A DNA stretch of 64,000 nucleotides, taken from the NCBI RefSeq assembly GCF_009914755.1, contig NC_060930.1; one strand, 5' to 3'. Under the pieces are notes generated by a model. The model was not told the origin of the DNA and made no database searches. It saw only the letters and a program-made list of their open reading frames with translations. Below are positions 1-17,994 of the stretch, one piece after another; within the stretch, counting starts at the first letter, position 1, and each line of letters starts with the position of its first letter. The DNA comes from the human T2T-CHM13v2.0 reference genome, Homo sapiens. Made by a program: the position numbers and the translations under genes.

Positions 1-78
1 GGTTGCACTGAGCCAAGATCATGCCATTGCATTCCAGCCTGGGTGACACAGTGAGACTCTGTCTTGGGAAAAAAAATA
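1..78 (+). mobile_element. Alu 3' end (right arm plus A tail), cut by the window edge
   Basis: GGTTGCACTGAGCCAAGATCATGCCATTGCATTCCAGCCTGGGTGACACAGTGAGACTCTGTCT followed by an A run. Confidence 0.9.
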
Positions 79-79
79 G

Positions 80-4110
<4,031 letters not shown>

Positions 4111-4414
4111 TGAGGCCACTCCTGTGCTGGACACTCTTGGTCCTTTATTGTTGACTGGAAACTCCCAAAATATTGCCACTCTTTCCTCTTTGGATACCTC
4201 AACCTGCACCTCCAGATATAATTTCTAAGATCAATTACTGAGACACACAAAGAAATCTGGTGAGATTTTACGTGGTTTAGAATAAAGTCCAAAGAGGCTG
4301 TTTGATATAGTGGTTTTTCCTACTTCTTTCTAGAACTCACAGATGAAAAAGAAAAATGCAGAAATATGAGACTCATTACCAAGTGACTCGTCAACACTCA
4401 TATACTGATGTGTA

Positions 4415-4582
4415 TTTTGTTTTGTTTGTTTAAAGACAGTCTTGCTATGTTGCCCAGGCTGGAGTGCCGTGGTGATTCACAGGTGTGATCATGGTTCACT
4501 ACAGCCTCAGGCTCCTGGGCTCATCCTCCCACCTCAGCATACTGAGGAGCTAGGACTGCTGGCATGTGCCATCATACCCAGT
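4415..4582 (-). mobile_element. FAM (fossil Alu monomer)
   Basis: Monomeric; the reverse complement contains the 7SL-like CCTGTGAATCACCACGGCACTCCAGCC segment that dimeric Alu arms lack; (TTTG)n tail. Confidence 0.75.
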
Positions 4583-4686
4583 TAAATTATATGTATTTTA
4601 ATTAGGGTAGAACCCTTAGTTATTTCCAAAGCTATTTCTTATACTGTATTTAAAACTTAAACTTAATTCTAAAGAAAAGATAATGA

Positions 4687-4990
<304 letters not shown>

Positions 4991-5054
4991 ATAACTTATT
5001 TTTAATATCTCTTGACTGCAGCTGCTACCACAATTTGCATCTTCAAAATGGTTA

Positions 5055-8000
5055 TGGAGGTTCAAGATGGCTGACTGGAAGCAGCTAGAGTATGCTACTC
5101 TCAAAGAGAGGAAAGAAAGTGGCAAGTAAATAGTAGCTCTTCAGGTGAATTCTCTAAGAGAGCATGTCAAGATTCACCAAGGAAGTGAGGGGGCTCACGA
5201 AGACCTCAGCACATTTTATCAGGAGCTTCTCCTAGCCACACCCATCAGGGCTGGTGCCTGCACCTGTCATTGAGATATTCGTGGGAAAGCCACGTTTCCA
5301 GCTCTGCCCAGGTATATCCCACCACCCTCACAAATTAGGAAGCTCAGAACACTGGACACCCACCCCACTGTCCAGTCCTTCACCTGAAACAACAGAGAGC
5401 ACCTCACAGTAAATAAAGGTCAGCTCCCCTCCCACCTACTTGTGTGGCAGCTGACTCTTACCTGCAAATGCCATATCCTGAGTCATAGGTCAAACCACAC
5501 AGCCCAACACAAAACCTGCTGACAGAAGTGCATAGGACTATAGAAACAACCCCAAAGACCCTACCTAGTACAACACTCTCCAGATGAGAAGGAACCAGCA
5601 CAAGAATTCTGCCACCATTAAAAATCTGAATGGAATGACATCATCAAAGGCTGACTCTAGGTTTCCAGCAATGGTTCTTAACCAAAATGGAGGCAGGAGG
5701 ATGACAGAGGAGGAATTCAAAGTATGGATTACAGGGAAACTCAATGAGATCCAAAATAAGGTTAAAAATCAGTACAAAGAAACCTGTAAAGCAATCCAGG
5801 AAATAAAAGAAGATGCAAACATCTTAAAAAGAAATCATTCAGAGCAATGAAAACTATAAAACTCACTTAAGGAATTTCAAAATACAATTGAATGCTTTCC
5901 CAATAGACTAGACCAAACAGAAGAAAGAATTTCAGAGTTTGAAGATTGGTCTTTCAAACTTACCCAGTCAGACAAAAACAAAGAAAAAAGAAATTTAAAA
6001 ATTCTTAAAATTCTTGGCACAAAGTCTCCAAGACACATGGGTTGTGTAAAATGGCAAAACCTGTGAATGACTGGCATTAATGAGAGAGAAAAAGAAAAAG
6101 TAAAAAACATGGAAAACATATTTGAGGGAATAATTTGAGAAATTTTCCTTTATCTTGCTAGGGAAGTAGACATACAGATATAATAAATCCAGAGAAGACC
6201 TGCCAGATCCTATATAAAATAAACATCACCAAGGTATATAGTGACCAGAATGCCCAAGGTCAATGCTAAAGAAAAAACTTTAAAGGCAGCTAGAAAAAAA
6301 GGTTAGATCCCATACAAAGGGAATCCCATCAGGCTAACAGCAAACAGAGGAAACATTATAAACTTATTGGGGGCCTTCTCAGCAGAAATCTTATGGGGGA
6401 CTTACATTCAGCATTTTTTAAGGAAGAGACTCCAACCAAGAATTTCATACAACACCAAACCAAGCTTCATAAGTTAACAAGAACTAAAATATTTTTCAGA
6501 TAAGCAATAGCTAAGGGAAGTCATTACCACTAAACCAGCCTTACAAGAGATCCATAATGGATTTCTAAACATGGAAAGAATAATAACTGCTACTACAAAA
6601 ACACACTTAACTACATAGTCCACAGACCCTATATGGCAACCACACAATAGAAACTACAAAGCAACCAGCTAACAACTTTACGATATGATCAAAATCTCAC
6701 ATATTAATATTAACCTTGAATGTGAATGGTCTTAACACCCTACTTCAAAGGCACAGAGTGGCAAGTTGGATAAAAAACAAGACTCACCCATCTGCTGTCT
6801 TCAAGAGACCCATCTTACACGTGATGACACTGATAGACTCAAGGTAAAGGGTAGGAGAAAGATCTATCACCCAAACAGAAGACAAAAAAGAGCAGGGGTT
6901 ACAATTATTATTTCAGATAAAATAGACTTTAAAACAACAGCAGTCAAAAAAGGATAAAGAAGGGCTCTATGCAATGATAAAGGGTTTGATCCAACCACAT
7001 GGCTTAACTATCCTGAATATATATGCAAATAAAATTGGAGCACCTAGATTCATAAAACAAGTACTGCTAGACCTACAAAAATACTTAGCCACACCATGGG
7101 AGTGGGTGACTTCAACATCCCATTGACAGAGTTAGATCATCAAGGCAGAAAACTAACAAAGAAATCCTGGAGTTAAATTCGACATTTGACCAATTGGACA
7201 TAATAGACATCTACAGAACACTCCACCCAGCAACCATAGGATATACATTCTTCTCATTTGCATATGGAACATATGCTAAGATTGACCACATGCTTGGACA
7301 TCAGGCAAGTCTCAATAAAGTTAAAAAATTCAAAATCATACAAACTATACTTTGGGCCATGGTGGAATAAAAATACAAATCAATACCGGTAAGTTCTCTC
7401 AAAACCACAAAATTACATGGAAATTAAATAACTTTATTCTGAGTAACTTTTGGGTAAACAATAAAATTAAGGCAAAAATTTAGAAAATTATTTAAAATAA
7501 ATAAAAACAGAGATACAATATTTTATTTTTTATTTTTACTTTTTTATATACATATTTTATTATACTTTAAGTTCTAGGGTACATGTGCACAACGTGCAAG
7601 TTTGCTACATATGTATACATGTGCCATGTTGGTGTGCTGCACCCATTAACTCGTCATTTACATTAGGTATATCTCCTAATGCTATCCCTGCCTCCTCCGC
7701 CCACCCCACGACAGGCCCCGGTGTGTGATGTTCCCCTTGCTGTGTCCAAGTGTTCTCATTGTTCAATTCCCACCTATGAGTGAGAACATGTGGTGTTTGG
7801 TTTTTTTGTCCTTGCAATAGTTTGCTGAGAATGATGGTTTCCAGCTTCATCCATGTCCCTACAAAGGACATGAACTCATCATTTTTTATGGCTGCATAGT
7901 ATTCCTTTGTATATAAATGCCACATTTTCTTAATCCAGTCTATCACTGATGGACATTTGGGTTGGTTCCAAGTCTTTGCTATTGTGAGTAGTGCTGCTAT

Positions 8001-9830
8001 AAACATACGTGTGCATGGAGACACAATATTTTAAAATCTCTGGAATACAGCTAAAGCAGTGTTAGGAAAGCTTACATCACTAAATACCTACATCAAAAAA
8101 TTAGAAAGATCTCAAATTAACAATCTAACATCACACCTAGAGAACTAGAAAAACAAGAACTAGTCCCAAAGCTAGAAGACAATAAATAACCAAAATTCAT
8201 TAGAGAACTGAATGAAATTGAGACTCAAAAATACATGCAAAGTAATAACCGAAAGCTGGTTCTTGTCAACCAGATCAATAGGACACCAGCTAAATTAACA
8301 ACAAAGAAAGAGAAGATCTAAATAAGTGCAATCAGAAATGGCAAAAGTGAAATAACAACCAACCCCACGGATATATAAAAAATCCTCAGAGACTATTATG
8401 AACACCACTATGCACACAAACTAGAAACTCTAGAGGAAATGAATAAATTCCTGGAAGGTCACAACACCCCAAGATTGAGCCAGGAAGAAATCAAAACCCT
8501 GGAGAGATCAATATAGAGTTCTGAAATTGAAAAACAAACCTACCAAATAAAAAGGGCCCTGAAACAGGTGGATTCATAGCCAAATTCTACCAGATGTACA
8601 AAGAAAAGCTGGTACCAATCCTACTGAAATATTTTTTAAAAATGGGGAAGAGGACTCCTCCCTAACTCATTCTACGAAGCCAGCATCACTCTGATACCAA
8701 AATCTAGTAAAGACACAACAACAAAAGAGAAAATTACAGACAAATATCCCTGATGAACATAGATGCAAAATTTCTCAATAAAATACTAGCAGATGGAATC
8801 CAGCAGCACATCAAAAAGCTAATTCACCACTATCATGCAGGCTTCACTACCAGTACGCAAGGTTGGTTCAACATATGCAAATCAATAAACATGACTTGCC
8901 GCATAAACAATTAAAAACAAAACCATTTAATCATCTCAATGAATGCAGAAAAAATGTTTTGATAAAATCCAACATCCCTTCATGAAAAAAATCCTCAACA
9001 TACTAGGCATGGAAGAAACATACCTCAAGATAATAAGAGCCCACTATGACAAACCCACAGCCAACATTATACTGAATTGGCAAAAGCTGGAAGTGTTACA
9101 CTTAAGAACTGGAACAGGCCAAGGATGCCAACTCTCACCATTCCTATTCAACATAGTGCTGGAAATCCTAGTCAGAACAATCAGGCAAGAGAAAGAAATA
9201 AAAAGCAACAAAATAGGAAAAGAGGAAGTCAAATTATCTCCTTGCTGACAATACGATTCTATACCTAGAAAACCTTAATGACTTTGCCAAAAGGCTTGTA
9301 GAGCTGATAAAAACTTCAGTAAAGTTTCAGGATACAAAATCAATGTACAAATCAGTAGTATTTCTATATACCAATAACATTGAAGCTGAATGCCAAATCA
9401 ATAATACAATCCGATTCACAATAGCCACAAAAAGAATAAAGTATGTTGGAATCCACGTAACCAAAGCAGTGAATGATTTCTTTGAGGAAAACTACAAAAT
9501 ACTGAAGAAAGAAATCATAGAGGATACAAATAAATGGGGAAAAAAACCCATGCTCATGGATTGGAAGAATTTATATTGTTAAAATGACCATACTCTCCAA
9601 AGCAATCTACACGTTCAATGCTATTCCTATCAAACTACCAATATTGTTTTTCACAGAATTAGAAAAAATATTCTAAACTTCATTTGAAATCAAGAAAGAG
9701 CCCAAATAGCAAAAGCAATACTAAGCAAAAAGAAAAATACTGGAGGCATCATACTACCCAACTTCAAACTATATTACAAGGCTACATTAACCAAAACAAC
9801 ATGATAGTGGTACAAAAACAGACACATAGG
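5055..9830 (+). mobile_element. Older primate L1 (L1PB/old L1PA-type): short 5' UTR, decayed ORF1 (from about 5584) and ORF2 (EN and RT), 3' part missing
   Basis: CAAGATGG start motif; fragments MRRNQHKNS (ORF1), ICCLQETHL (endonuclease), FDKIQHPFM and [16 protein letters not shown] (RT); many stops and frameshifts. Confidence 0.9.
7526..8017 (-). mobile_element. Younger 5'-truncated L1PA 3' end nested in the older L1
   Basis: L1PA 3' UTR and ORF2 C-terminus (MFIAALLTIAKTWNQPKCP). TSD GAGATACAATATTTTA (7510-7525) / GAGACACAATATTTTA (8018-8033). Confidence 0.93.
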
Positions 9831-11249
9831 CCAAATGGGAGTCTCTTAGCAACTACTTTACTAATATTAATTTGCTTATATTTTGAAAAAGAGTATGGAC
9901 CATGTCACTAAGCTGTTATGAGTTACATAACTGGCATGTGAAGTTGGTTGGTGGAGAGGAGAGACTGTGCTTCTATGGAATACAACCTCAGACTGCACTC
10001 TGATCCTAATCTCTGTCATGGCCCTATCAATCACGAGCCATCTCCGAGACTCATTCTGGCCAGACATTTAAAATACATTTTTCAATGGAAGTATTCAAAC
10101 TACAGTAAAATAGGAGAATCAGGTGGAATAGTGGAACCAACTGCTTATAAATTTACTGTACACATAAAAATCATCTCTTCAAATCACCATGCCACCTCTT
10201 ACTAAATGTGACTAAAGGTTTCCAGAAGCTAGGGAAAGTTCTTTAGCCTTTCTGTGGCTTTGTTTCACCATATTTAAAAAGCCCCACACATGAAGAATTA
10301 TGCAGCCCAAAATGTCAATTGTTCTTCTGTTGAGAAACCCTGAACTAGGTGCACTGTGACTTAAGAAAACTACTCCAACGCAAAGACAGATAAATGTGTT
10401 CATATAATTTTTAACTTCCAAGTTTAGGGATATTACAGCCAACATGGAAGTAAGGATAAGTTGTTGGTTAAAGAGAAGTTGTTGATCATTCATTCTATAT
10501 TAGATGTAAAGAAATGAAAAATAAGGAGTGGGAAAGGCTACCCATTCACTCTGCCTATTGAAATCAGGCTTCCACCTGTATCTCTGTACCAGAACTTTTC
10601 TGGTCAGGGGCAATAATAACTTCCTTGCATTTAGCAACAGTTTCATGAGTGGACCTAATTTTTAACAATACTTTAAATATTTGAACTTGATTATAGACTG
10701 AAGTAAGATAGAAGAGTGGTTGGAAATACAGAGAATGGCATTAGATGAACTTATCTAATGCTTTATGTTTCTTCTGTGGAACAGAAGGTGAGACTGTCTG
10801 CCAAGCATGAAGGGAGTGTGGGTAAATTAATGAAGGAAAGATGAATGTTTAAAACAGTTCCTGAAGGAAATAGGAGATGGCAGTAACCATAACAAATAAA
10901 GTAAGAGAAAAGTAAGATTGCTATTAATTTTAAACAACATCAGAGTGTGTGAGTGTGGAGTTTTCTCCAGATTTTCTGAACCGTATGTATAGAAAATACT
11001 GGATGCTGTTTTGGAGTATTCCCTGGAGATGTGGCTAGAGGATAAATGTGTTATGAAGTTGGAAGTCCCAGAAATAAATTGCAAATTTTTTTCCTCTGGC
11101 TTACTGTTCTAGCCCTTTACAGACATAGAGGTCTGGCTCTATAGGGACATAAGTACAGTTACAAGGAACTGAAAGACTTACGGAAAGTGGGCAGTTAAGA
11201 AACTGAAAGTATCTTTGAAGCCAAAGAAATGAAAAAGATGTAGAGAAAA

Positions 11250-11520
11250 AAGACACATATCATATGATTTTACTTGTATTATTACATTAGGGAAAAGAAA
11301 AAAACTATAAAGATGGAAACAAATTTATGGTTACCAGAAGCTGGAGTCCGTGATGTGTTGTTTATAAAAAGGAATGGGAGGATTTGGGAGGTGACAGAAT
11401 TGTTTTATATCTTGCCTGTGTCTATAGTTGCATGATTATATGTGTTTGCAAAAAATCAAGTAATTATATGCTAAAAAAGAGAATGTTAACTGTCTATAAA
11501 TTATACATTTATAAAATAAA
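11250..11520 (+). mobile_element. Old L1M 3' UTR fragment
   Basis: Resembles L1M 3' ends (ATGGTTACCAG...GGGAGGTGACAGAATTGTTTTATATCTTG...A-rich end). Confidence 0.6.
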
Positions 11521-12418
11521 TTGGAATGAGAGAAGTAATGGGAGAATGGCAAAGAGCATACTCCAATACCAAACAAAAGACTATGAAGGTGGGATATAGT
11601 CTTAGAGTAGACATGTAGGTAATCTTCATGATGTGATCATAACATCTGCACTACCTTTGTAACTTTCATATTAACTGTTGCACTTACTACATTGTATTCT
11701 AATTATCTGGTGTATGTGTTTCTCTCTTTATAAGGTGAATGATTTGAAGGTGGGGAATTGAGACTTGACCTGATACACAATTGAATTTTTGATATCTGGA
11801 TTATGCCACAATGTCTTGTATTAGGTTGATGATCAACAATAATTTTAAAAAGAATAAAAAAGGAGTGGAGGTCAAGGAGGTCTGAGGTTAGTGTGGGGAG
11901 GCAAGATAATCTACCTAATATTGATTGTGGCAGCATGATGGTCAGTGGGAAGGTTGCATCATCAACATAGATGCCTGGGTGATGGCCATATTTGATACTG
12001 GAGAGAAGAAACTGGTATGGGCACCCAATATGCAGTTAGGAACATGCCTGGAAAATAAGCATATGAGCAAAATAAGAAGATGTAGAGAATTTTTGTGGTA
12101 AGAAAATGACCTCAAAGTGCAAGATATTTTATATGAAAGAGAAGAAGTAACAGTCAGAAAAAAAATAAGAAACTTAGAGAATACAGACCTTGATCCTACC
12201 CACCTCCTCAAACTGTGAGAGAAGGAGCAGCTTTGAATTGAAGAATAAGAGAAATAGCTTTTGGGAGAAGAACCAAATGTCAATGACAACACAGAAATAT
12301 CAGGAGTAGGTAGTGGTATTGGAGAGCTTTTTCATAGTAGTGCTAGGGTTCTAAGGAATTTTATTAGTGAGCAAAGAATTCAAAAAGAAACATTCCAAAA
12401 TGTAAGAATGACAGCATG

Positions 12419-12770
<352 letters not shown>

Positions 12771-13443
12771 TTAACAATATGTTGCTTGAATTTATTTTTC
12801 TAGCGATAGAACTTTTGCAAATGAAAACACTTCTTCACCATGCACTTATGTACCTTTTGGTCCTAGAGAAGAAATAATTTATTTTCAAAGATGTGCTAAC
12901 CTTGTGGGTTAATTGTTATTTAAATAACAACTATTTACTCATGAGAGAGAGTGACTTGCATGACATAAAAAATTTCATAATTATTTTTGTAAGTAAGAGA
13001 AACATACAGTTTCACTTTGCTTTACAAAACAGTCTTTTGGGTAACAGTGTATAAATTACTTATACTCCAAATCACGGTTGCCACACACAACAATAACATT
13101 ATTTAAAACAACTTTTTTGTAAATCATTTTGTAAAATGGAAAAAAAAGAACATGTTTGCATTAGGTGCTTCCTGCAGATAATAAAAACAAAATGGAATTT
13201 ATTTTTCCCTCAGATGTGTTTGACATGTGATAAAGGTAATTCTCACATAAGAAATATTGTAGAGTGCTTACAAAGAATATATAAATCATAAGAATAAATC
13301 AAACACAAGTCACTAGAACTTGTATTGCCATATTAATATAATTATTCCAAAATAAAAGTTAATCTATAGTTTCCTAAAAAAGATGACCTTTGAAAAGGAC
13401 AAAAGAGAAATATTACAGCTACGTGAACTGGCATTTTGAATGT

Positions 13444-13805
13444 TGATATGGTTTGGTTCTGTTTCCCCACCCACATCTTACAACTCGAATTGTAATCCCC
13501 AAGTGTCGAGGGACGGAGGTGATTGGATCATGGGGGTGGTTTCCCCCATGCTGTTCTCATGATAGTGAGTGAGTTCTCAAGAGCTCTGATGGCTTTATTA
13601 GTGTTTGGAAGTTCCTCCTTCACTCTTCTCTCTCCTGCCACCATGTGAAGAAGGTTCTTGTTTCCCCTTCACTTTCTGCTATAATTGTAAGTTTCCTGAG
13701 GCATCCCCAGCCATGCAGAACTGTGAGTCAATTAAGCCTCTTTCTTTTATAATTACCCACTCTCAGGTAGTATTCTTTATAGCAATGTGAAAACGGACTA
13801 ATACA
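13444..13805 (+). mobile_element. Solo MaLR LTR (MST/THE1 family)
   Basis: TGATATGGTTTGG...GGACTAATACA termini; 5-bp TSD AATGT (13439-13443 / 13806-13810). Confidence 0.93.
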
Positions 13806-13839
13806 AATGTCTTACCCCAAATTAAGTTTGATTATTTTT

Positions 13840-14365
13840 TCTTTTTTTAAAAAAACAGCTTTATTGGGAGTATAATATACAAAGAATTGCACATACTTAA
13901 TATGTACAAGTTGATGAGCTTTGACATATACAAATATCCATGATACCATTACCACAATCAAGGTAATAGACGTATCTATCACCTTCCAAAGTTCCGTTGC
14001 ATCCCTTTGCTTTTTTTTTTTGTTTTTTTTTTTATAAGAACACAACATGAGATTTACCCTCTTAGCAAATTTTGAAGTGCACAATACCTATAGCCACTAT
14101 GTTGCACAGTAGAGCTCTTATTCATCTAGCATAACTGAAACTGTATACTCATTGGAAAACAATTTCCCTATCTCCATTTCCCCCATCCCCTACCCTTGGC
14201 AATAACTTTCATTCTCTACTTCTAGAGGCTAAATGTTACAGGTCCTCACATAAGTGGACTCATGGAGTATTAGTCTTTCTGAGAGGCTTATTTCACTGAG
14301 CATAGTGCTCTCCAGGTTCATCCATGTTGTTGCAAATGGAATAAACTTTTTATTTTTAAAGGATG
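13840..14365 (-). mobile_element. L1MA/MB 3' end fragment
   Basis: Antisense L1 3' UTR (TCCAGGTTCATCCATGTTGTTGCAAATG; TAGCATAACTGAAACT). Confidence 0.75.
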
Positions 14366-15212
14366 ATTTTGCATTTTCAAACTAAAAAATTGGAATACCT
14401 CTCACTCTATTTGTTTGAAAATAGGCAGGATACATAGGTCCACAATCATGCTCACTGTACTCATAACCCCACCTTTTTACCAGCTATCTATTGTCGTTTG
14501 ATTTCAATTAACAGTTAGATTTGAGTGAGGCTTGAATAGGATGATCATGAGAATGGTTCTAGCATGTGAGTCTGAGTAGCTATCAAGGTTTCCAATTACC
14601 TTGAAGCAGGACTTAACTCTCGGTCATATCACTTTTGTGTACGTATATAAAAACACAAATACATAAATAAAAATCAATGAGACTTATTTCATGGAGTTTT
14701 TTTTTTTTTTTTTTTTGCTGTAGAATAGTAATATATTTGTTTATGTCATGAAGTACACACCAGGAGATTGGTAATGGAAAACAACTGGTAAATTAGATAT
14801 TAAAATTTTGATATATCATTTCAAAACCAAACCAGATTAAAATTTAAAAAGCATATAATTTTCATTTGAATTAAATGACATTATCTGCAATTTTCAACAA
14901 GATAAAAGTATACATCCTCTGCCCAACTAGTAACATGAGAATATCCTTGCATAATGTACCTCTGCCCCATATAATATTTTACTTAGTTATGTATGCAGTC
15001 TAGTATCATTGAGCAGATGATACTTTCATGCATTTTAGAAAATAAAACATATGAAAGCTATACGATGGAATATTTTTCTCATATTGATGTGGCAAACATT
15101 TATTTACCACATCAATTCATTTCCTCCAAATAAAAACTGATACTAGTTTCTTGATACAGAAAAAGCAGAGGACTTGGATAGAGGGAATAACAGTCACTAA
15201 TTTGACTGTACC

Positions 15213-15584
15213 TGTATTAGTCCATTCTCACACTGCTATGAAGAAAAATACCCCAGGCTGGATAATTTATAAAGAAAAGAGGTCTAATGAACGCATGGTT
15301 CTGCATTGCTGGAGAGGCCTCAGGAAACTTACAATCGTGGCAGAAGGTGAGGGAGAAGCAAAGACACGTCTTACAGGGTGGCAGGCAAGAGAGCTTGTGC
15401 AAGTGTAGAAAAAACTACCAGTCATAAAAACATCAGATCTTGTGAGAATCCACTCACTGTCATGAGAACAGAATGGGGAAACCACCCCCATAATCCAATC
15501 ACTTCCCACCAGGTCTCTTCCACAACACCTGGGGATTACAATTCAATGTGGATTTGAGTGGGGACACAAAGCCTAACAATATTA
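15213..15584 (-). mobile_element. Solo MaLR LTR (THE1/MST family)
   Basis: TGTATTAGTCCATTCTCACACTGCTATG...GTGGGGACACA; 5-bp TSD GTACC (15208-15212 / 15585-15589). Confidence 0.93.
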
Positions 15585-16299
15585 GTACCAAATGCAATCC
15601 TAGATGAACTCCTAGAGCAGGAAATTTTAAATATAAGTTTTGAATGGAAAGACAGCTGTAGAGGAAGAATATGATTTCTTAAAGAACTATTATAAGTGTC
15701 CTGTTCTTGTCTAAAGTAATTCTTCCCTAACACAGAATCTCACTTCCTATAGGTTCTTAAGCATGATGATACATGTTTTGTGGCTGAAATAACCTAATGA
15801 AATATTCCAATACACAATTTTATTACATATATATGTTACTAATTTGTACATAGCTTTATAAGTATATATACAAGTATACATAAGTTTATAATATGCATCT
15901 AGCTTTTCAAAACTACATGAAAAGAATCTATGAAAGATATAGTAACAAAAATCAAACATAAGGCTATGTATACAACAGTAAATTGAATTCATAGATGACA
16001 AATTTATACTATAATTCACAAATAGCAATAAATAGTAGAAAAGCATGATCTCATATTATAAAACTGAACAAAATTAATTTTAAATGCTACAACATAAATA
16101 TCAAGTGGAAAAAAGCTTCCGTTTTACAAGATGAGGCACATTCTTTACAGTTGTATGTTACTTGGATTAGTATTTTAATTTGTAATTTAAATAGAACTTT
16201 CAATATGGTAGACTACTGTAATGATGATCCAGTATATCAGAATAGTGAATTAAATAAAACAAGAGAATAAGTGAATGGGTGGCTATGTGAATATATACT

Positions 16300-17000
16300 G
16301 TACATACATAGTCCCCAGGGTGAATGAGAACTGGAACTTTGCTAATACCAACTCTCTCCCTTGCCTCTCTCTCTGCCCTCTCTCTATGTATATACATTTG
16401 TATTAACAAGAACCCAGTTCTCATTCATTCTGGGGTAAGGGGCTTTCAGAGAAAAGGTAAACACCCTTGAGGCTTTCTGAAATGTCTTCTTTTTTTAATA
16501 GTAATGACCCTTTCTCCTTTACAGTTGAGTGTGGTGCTTTGCATGAAGTCACCCATCTCTTTCCCTAAGGAGGCCAACTTTGAAGGATAGACTTTGAAGA
16601 AAGTTTATCTCAGTGCTGTTTGTTAAGTGGCTTACCCCAAGAGGCCTCTTGCAGAAGTAATTGTTAAAACCATGAGGCACACCTGAGAGAAAGGCGCCAG
16701 GGACTACCTAACAAAGCTGGCACCTCTGGAGACACTTTGGAAGTATTTAATACATATGCCCTGATGGAGCATCTTACTCTTCAAAGAAAACAGTTTTGAG
16801 GCACCTAAGCAATTATGTACTTATTGACTTTGCGAAAACATTTATAACATCTTAACAATACAATTATCTGTAAGCTTTCTAATGAGCCCCCAAGTGACCT
16901 ACTAGTGGAACAAAAACTTTCTTGATAAGAGCCAGTTTCCAAGAGACCATTTTTAATTGTATGAAAACTGAAAAATGATGGTGTTAAGAAGCTGCTGTTA
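16300..17000. promoter_or_regulatory. Candidate OR enhancer (clustered Ebf-like and Lhx2-like motifs)
   Basis: TAATGAGCCCCCAAGTGA at 16880-16897 plus further O/E-like and TAATTG sites in apparently unique DNA; motif evidence only. Confidence 0.35.
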
Positions 17001-17334
17001 GCTCTGTGTAAACTGTGTGGACTCTTTGCCAGTACAGCCCTCAGTGAACACACATCTTTAATAGAAATTAGCAATTGCTATAACCTGTAGTCTTAGAAGA
17101 AAATAAATACTGTAGAGGCCTCCAAAGTTATTCTAGTTACCTACTCTCTATATTGGGAGACAGAATTCAAACTCCAAAATTTCAAATTCTTCTTTGTTTT
17201 ATGTCTAAGTGGGTTAGAATAATCTAATAAAATACTCCCAATAAACAAATCAATCCTGCATTCTTTTTAAATGTTCTGTGAAAGCAATAAACCTTGTAGC
17301 TAATTTTCAGTATGGCATATACACCAGTTAACAA

Positions 17335-17510
17335 TACATCTTTTAGAATCAGATGGTGTGAGTTTGAACAATGAACCACCAATTGTTAGGTATGTGACTT
17401 AAAGAAAGCTAGTTAATTTGGTGGCTCAGTTGTAAAAAAGATGGTAATAGTATCTCTCACATGTGGCATGTTAAATGGGTTAATATATATTAACTACATT
17501 AAATAACATC
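17335..17510 (+). mobile_element. Degenerate MIR
   Basis: TTTTAGAATCAGA...TATGTGACTT...CTCAGTT..GTAAAA..ATGGTAATAGTATCT resembles the MIR core. Confidence 0.5.
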
Positions 17511-17994
17511 ACATATAAGCGTGGAAGAGATGTTAGTGCTCATCATTCAGCCACCCTAGTAACGATGTATTATTTTCTATAGTTATTTCAAAAAATACTT
17601 TTGTATTTTTGTTTTTAAAAATTATTTTTATTTTATAGAAGAGAAAATTCAGATTAAAGAAACCATAACTATCTTGACTAAGATTGCACTGGTATTTATC
17701 AGTAGTGTTCAACTTCAAATGCACATCTTCTGATTATGAGAATGGTGGTTCTTCCATCACCTTATAGCTATTTCCACATCCATTTACAATTCAAGCTCTT
17801 CCAATACTGGAAGTGTTAAAAATGGGATGGAAAACTGTAACTGGAAGAAATAAACACTGACTATTTTGTTTCACTTAAGGTTAATCAAATTTCAAAATGC
17901 ACATTCTTTTTCCCATTACGGTGGTATAAGTAACTCATTCTGTCTCTTCCCCTGAGAAAGTTAAAATTGTCCCTGATTGCATGTGGTATATTAT

